DNA from: Octopus sinensis | Taxonomy: Eukaryota | Length of the DNA stretch: 64,000 nucleotides | Assembly (NCBI RefSeq): GCF_006345805.1 | Contig: NC_042998.1 | Coordinates: forward strand, 84,754,001-84,818,000 | Direction of reading: 5' to 3' | Shown here: positions 59,963 through 64,000 of the stretch, one piece after another | Layout: each line of letters starts with the position of its first letter | Numbering within the stretch: the stretch's first letter is position 1 | Position numbers and translations under genes: made by a program | The notes under the pieces: generated by a model | Database searches by the model: none | What the model was told of the DNA's origin: nothing | What the model saw: the letters and a program-made list of their open reading frames with translations, nothing else

Positions 59963-61256
59963 TTGTATATGTATGTGGCTTTCCGTTGGTTATGATGAGG
60001 GTTCCATTTGATTTGATCAATGGAACAAGCTACTTTTGAAATTAACAAGCAAGTGGCTGATCACTCCACTGACACTACGTATATAATACAGATTGTGACA
60101 GTCAATAAAACAGAAATGAAATTTTAACATTTCTTCTTTCTGTACAAATTAGTGGTTGGAGACCCCTGCTCTAGATAACAAATACTGTGTGAAGGCACTG
60201 CTCAATAGACATATATTGGTCTCACAAAAAAAATATTCAAGGAAAGTTATGCATCATTTGCAGTTTCTTTTAGAAATAGATGCAAGCCTAATGCTACTTA
60301 GCTTTCCAAGTTTGTATAGTTTTTGAAGGATAGTGGGGTGTGTCCAATCTACCCAGAAACTGAAGCATCATCTCAAAAACTAATAAATATAATGGACAAT
60401 GCAATGGATGCAAACATTTGCCTAACAGAGAGGTTAAATATACTAACTTTACCAGTGAACACATTTAACAAGAAGTTTGCATCCATTGCATTTAACATCA
60501 ACATCAAAATCAGATCAAATCACAATCAAATGGAAATTGTAGTTTATACCAATGCCAGTGCTGCTGTCTGGCTTCCCGTACTGGTGGAACGTAAAAAGCA
60601 CTAAACAAACGTGGTCAATGCCAGCCCAATTACCCTGACTGGCTCCTGTGCCAGTGGAATGTAAAAAGCACCATCCAAATGTGGCTGATACCAGTGCCAC
60701 CTTCACTGGCTCCCATGCCAGTGGAATGTAAAAGCATCATCAAATTTTTCTATCTACCATATTCAATTGACACTTAGACATTTACTTAGAGAGCATGTAC
60801 ATAGCTCAGTTCCTCTTTTAGAAATTTAACAATTCATATTTGAAATAATAGTGACCCTCCTTTGAAATAGAAGGAGTTTACTTCAATGCTGTCTGTTGCA
60901 AAGACAGGTGCATTTCATTCTCTGTGTAGTAAGTAAGATATCTTGGTCATCTTCCTTCACAATCATCTTGAGCTAGTTCTTCAAAAAGAATGTCATCTTC
61001 ACCACATCCTGTGTATTTGTGGTGTGGCATTTGAAGTGATACTAAAGAAAATAAACAAGAGATTTTTTCTATAATTTGTGGGTACATGTTTATATAAGTA
61101 CTGGATAAACTCTGTAATTATAGATGGTTCTGTAGGATTTTTTTTTTATATATAATTATATGGGAGCAGTAAATCAATAAAGTTGACTTGACTGATTTAC
61201 TATTTTATTTAAAAATAATTCAGGCAATCAGTTATAAATATTCTTTTCTACTTTAG

Positions 61257-61341
61257 CCATCCTGTTAGGGCAACGGACTTTGAATCACATTTTACACAGA
61301 TGTCTGCAGATAGTGATTATCGATTTGCAGAAGAATATGAA
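61257..61341 (+). CDS. RPTP cytoplasmic exon: PTP-domain wedge start (phase 2-0, 85 nt)
   Basis: ctttag|C CAT CCT...GAA|gtaagt; (S)HPVRATDFESHFTQMSADSDYRFAEEYE. Confidence 0.9.
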
Positions 61342-61612
61342 GTAAGTGTTTATATATTTTCTTTTTTCTTTTCTTTTATTTGATGAACATAGTATGAGAA
61401 AAGTTATGTACTTAATTTTTAAGCTATCCATTCTAAATTATTCAAATGATTACCAGTGCATACAGGGGTATATGTTAAACAACAATCAGTTGAAAGGAAA
61501 ACAAGATAGATAGTCACTAATGAAGAAATTGTGGAATGTATAAAATGTGAACATCTAAAGTGTATTATAATGTGTGTGTGTGTGTGTGTGTGTATAGGGA
61601 TATATATGTATG

Positions 61613-61643
<31 letters not shown>

Positions 61644-61649
61644 CACCTT

Positions 61650-61980
61650 GATCGACTAGTCTGTTGGGCGTCCATTTGACACCGCTGGTCACAGCATGCT
61701 GTCCACTCTTCTCTGGAGTGTGCCTTTCTCATCCACGTGATCTCAATCGCACACCTGAAATTGTAACTCCACCATCGTGGAGGCCTTCTGAGTGGTCATT
61801 TCTGCTTGCATGGGTGCCACTCGACAAATGCGCAGGTTCACTGATTATTGGTGAGCCGGGCGATGTGTCCGGCCCATCTAAACTTGCTGTGTGTATATTT
61901 TACGATGACATCCCTCACGCCGAACTTCTCTCTGATGACCTCGCTACTGATGTGTTCTCTCAACGAGATTCCAAGCATTA
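61650..61980 (-). mobile_element. RTE LINE 3'-terminal fragment
   Basis: MLGISLREHISSEVIREKFGVRDVI...KFRWAGHIARL; truncated by the Helitron at 61981. Confidence 0.8.
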
Positions 61981-62353
61981 TCTCTCTATATATAAACGGC
62001 AGTTTGTCTGTGTGTGTTTCTGTGTGTCTGTTAGGTTGTACCCTCACCCTGACCACGGCTTTCAACCGATTCTGATGAAACTTGACACACACATAGCCCA
62101 ATGTCATAATTCAAAACTAACGCAGCGAAAATTTTGAAAAGTTCCCCCAGTTCTGAAAAAAATCGATAAATTCGACATGGGGTCGAGAATCACAAACACA
62201 AACCACAGACTGTCTAGGGGACGCAACTCGACCTTTTTAACTAAAAAAAATTACCATCATTCCCCCCCCCCCCATTTTTTTGCTATAACTCTCTAAAAAT
62301 GCTTTATAGTTATTTCCCTTACAAACCCGAGCAACGCCGGGCAATACTGCTAG
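61981..62353 (+). mobile_element. Non-autonomous Helitron (373 bp)
   Basis: A|TCTCTCTATATATAA ... CCCGAGCAACGCCGGG (hairpin) CAATACTG CTAG|T; 5' TC, 3' CTAG, A/T target, no TSD; CpG-rich, so young. Confidence 0.8.
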
Positions 62354-62365
62354 TATATATATATA

Positions 62366-62805
62366 CTAGCAGCTAAGCCTGGTTTCACCTGGTCAGTTTG
62401 GATGATGTGGCTGTAAAACCTGCTCTGTGTAAGCATTCGACTTGTTTGGGCACACTTACATTAAAAAACAACTTTAGAAGGACTTTTTTTCTATCAAAAC
62501 GCTAAAAATAACTGACCAACAAAAAAACACAACCAAGATTCAACCAAATCAAAAAATAAACCTAAATACTAAGTGAACAAAGATAAACCATCCTACTTCC
62601 ATTGTGCGCGCACACACACATTCACATACCCCCCTTTTACATGCACACACATATATTCACACAGAGTTGAGATGCTGTTTGATTTATTTTTCCAGCATAC
62701 AATTTTCATCATCCTACTACTAAAATGGCATCAGCCCTTCCTTCCTTATTCATCTATCATCCCTTCCTTTCTCATTCATAAACACAAGAGTATTATTATA
62801 GTAGA
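62366..62805 (-). mobile_element. Second non-autonomous Helitron, tail-to-tail with the first
   Basis: Minus strand A|TCTACTATAATAATAC ... CCAGGTGAAACCAGG CTTAGCTG CTAG|T. Confidence 0.7.
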
Positions 62806-64000
62806 TTATCTCAGTAACCAACCACTCCGAGAGTGTAGTGAGTGCTTTTTATGTACCACCAGCACGAGGGTCAGTCAGACGGTTCTGGCAATGACCACGC
62901 TTACGCTCAAAAGGTGTTTTTATGCACTACCTGCACGGGAGCCAGTCTGGCGGCACTGGCAACAACCACACTCGAATGTTGTTTTTCATATGCCACCGGC
63001 ACATGTGCCGGTAAGGCAATACTAGCAACGATCATGTTTGAATGGTGCTGTTCACGTGTCACCAGCACAGGAGCCAATCTATGGCCCTGGCAATGATCAC
63101 GTTCAGATGTAATTTTAACGTTCCACTGGCATGAGTGCCAATCAGGCAGTACTATCATCGGCCACGTCAATGATTTTGGTTTGTTTACACTTGCCTCAAC
63201 AGGTCTTCGCAAGCAAAGTTTATTGTCCAATGAATTAGGGTACTCATAAGTGGCCTGGTTACACCCCACATTCGGATGTGCTTTTAATGTTCCACTGGCA
63301 TGAGTGCCAATCAGGTGGTACTGTCGCCGGCCACATCAGCAATTTTGATTTTGATTTCACTTGCCTCAATAGGTATTCACAAGCAGGGTTTATTGTCAAA
63401 TGAATGAGGGGTATTCATAAATGAGCTGGTTACACCCACTGGCATAGGCCATGGAGTATGGTCTCAACTTGGCTTGTCAGGTCTTCACAAGCACAGCATA
63501 TCTCCAAAGGTCCCGGTCACTAGTCATTGCCTTGGTAAGGCCCAATGTTCAAAGGTCATGCTTCACCACTTCATCCCAGGTTTTCGTGGGTGTACTTCTT
63601 CCTCCATTAGAAATGTAGATAAGTACAGTATAAAGTTTGTCCACCTTCAGAATTACCCAGTACTATCAGTAGTATTACTATATACTTCCAAGTTTAAATT
63701 TGGGCATTCGTCATGTGTAAATATAAAATTGAAGAAATTGGACTCAAGAAGAAGGAGTATGGTTGGACATTTATTTATTATTCACTACAATTGTTTTGAC
63801 ACAATGTTGTACTCCAAGAATACAGGTATTAGATTATGTAACTGTTTGTTTGCATAATGAGATCTAGTTGTGTTTCCTCAGGTAACTTCAAGGCCATCTT
63901 CTCTGTTCATCATGATTTGAATTTAGTTGCAGCTGATAGACCCATGGTGTGTGCTGCAAGAGCGCATTCGTTGGACTACCATTTACAGCAGTCCAACAAA

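Larger units (their letters stand above)
1541..61341 (+). other. Partial gene: R3-type receptor protein tyrosine phosphatase (PTPRB/PTPRJ/Ptp10D-like); 19 coding exons in window, gene extends beyond both ends
   Basis: Exons joined by AG/GT sites with consistent phases give one open frame: FN3 x10, membrane-proximal FN3-like domain, TM, then HPVRATDFESHFTQMSADSDYRFAEEYE, which resembles the R3 PTP wedge (cf. Ptp10D/PTPRB ...H...ADSD(F/Y)RF(S/A)EE(F/Y)E). Confidence 0.9.

Noticed and set aside
61342-64000. Search for the next PTP catalytic-domain exon (expected ...LK.VG...N..KNRY.NI.PYD)
   Set aside because: No matching frame with splice sites found by eye; it presumably lies beyond the window.

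Overview
AT-rich eukaryotic (metazoan) genomic DNA. The SINE, RTE 3'-UTR and microsatellite landscape is what I associate with Octopus genomes; this is an inference, not a database match. The whole window lies inside one + strand gene for a receptor-type protein tyrosine phosphatase of the R3 type (PTPRB/PTPRJ/Ptp10D-like). I reconstructed 19 coding exons between 1541 and 61341, all with AG/GT boundaries and matching phases. They give one open frame of 3281 nt (~1090 aa): ten FN3 domains, a membrane-proximal FN3-like domain with a KSKR site, a TM helix and the start of the PTP wedge. The 5' end and the catalytic domain lie outside the window. The main observation is how the ectodomain grows. 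A phase-symmetric three-exon, two-FN3 cassette (A | B+C) has been duplicated serially at several ages. The youngest copies differ almost only by amino-acid-changing substitutions, several of which add or remove N-glycosylation sequons. This suggests a copy-number-variable, diversifying and possibly combinatorially spliced receptor phosphatase. The introns are packed with mariner, pogo/Tigger, RTE LINE, Penelope-like (with hammerhead-like motifs), Helitron, MITE and SINE relics, and contain several unusual rearrangement scars. All counts and alignments were done by eye.
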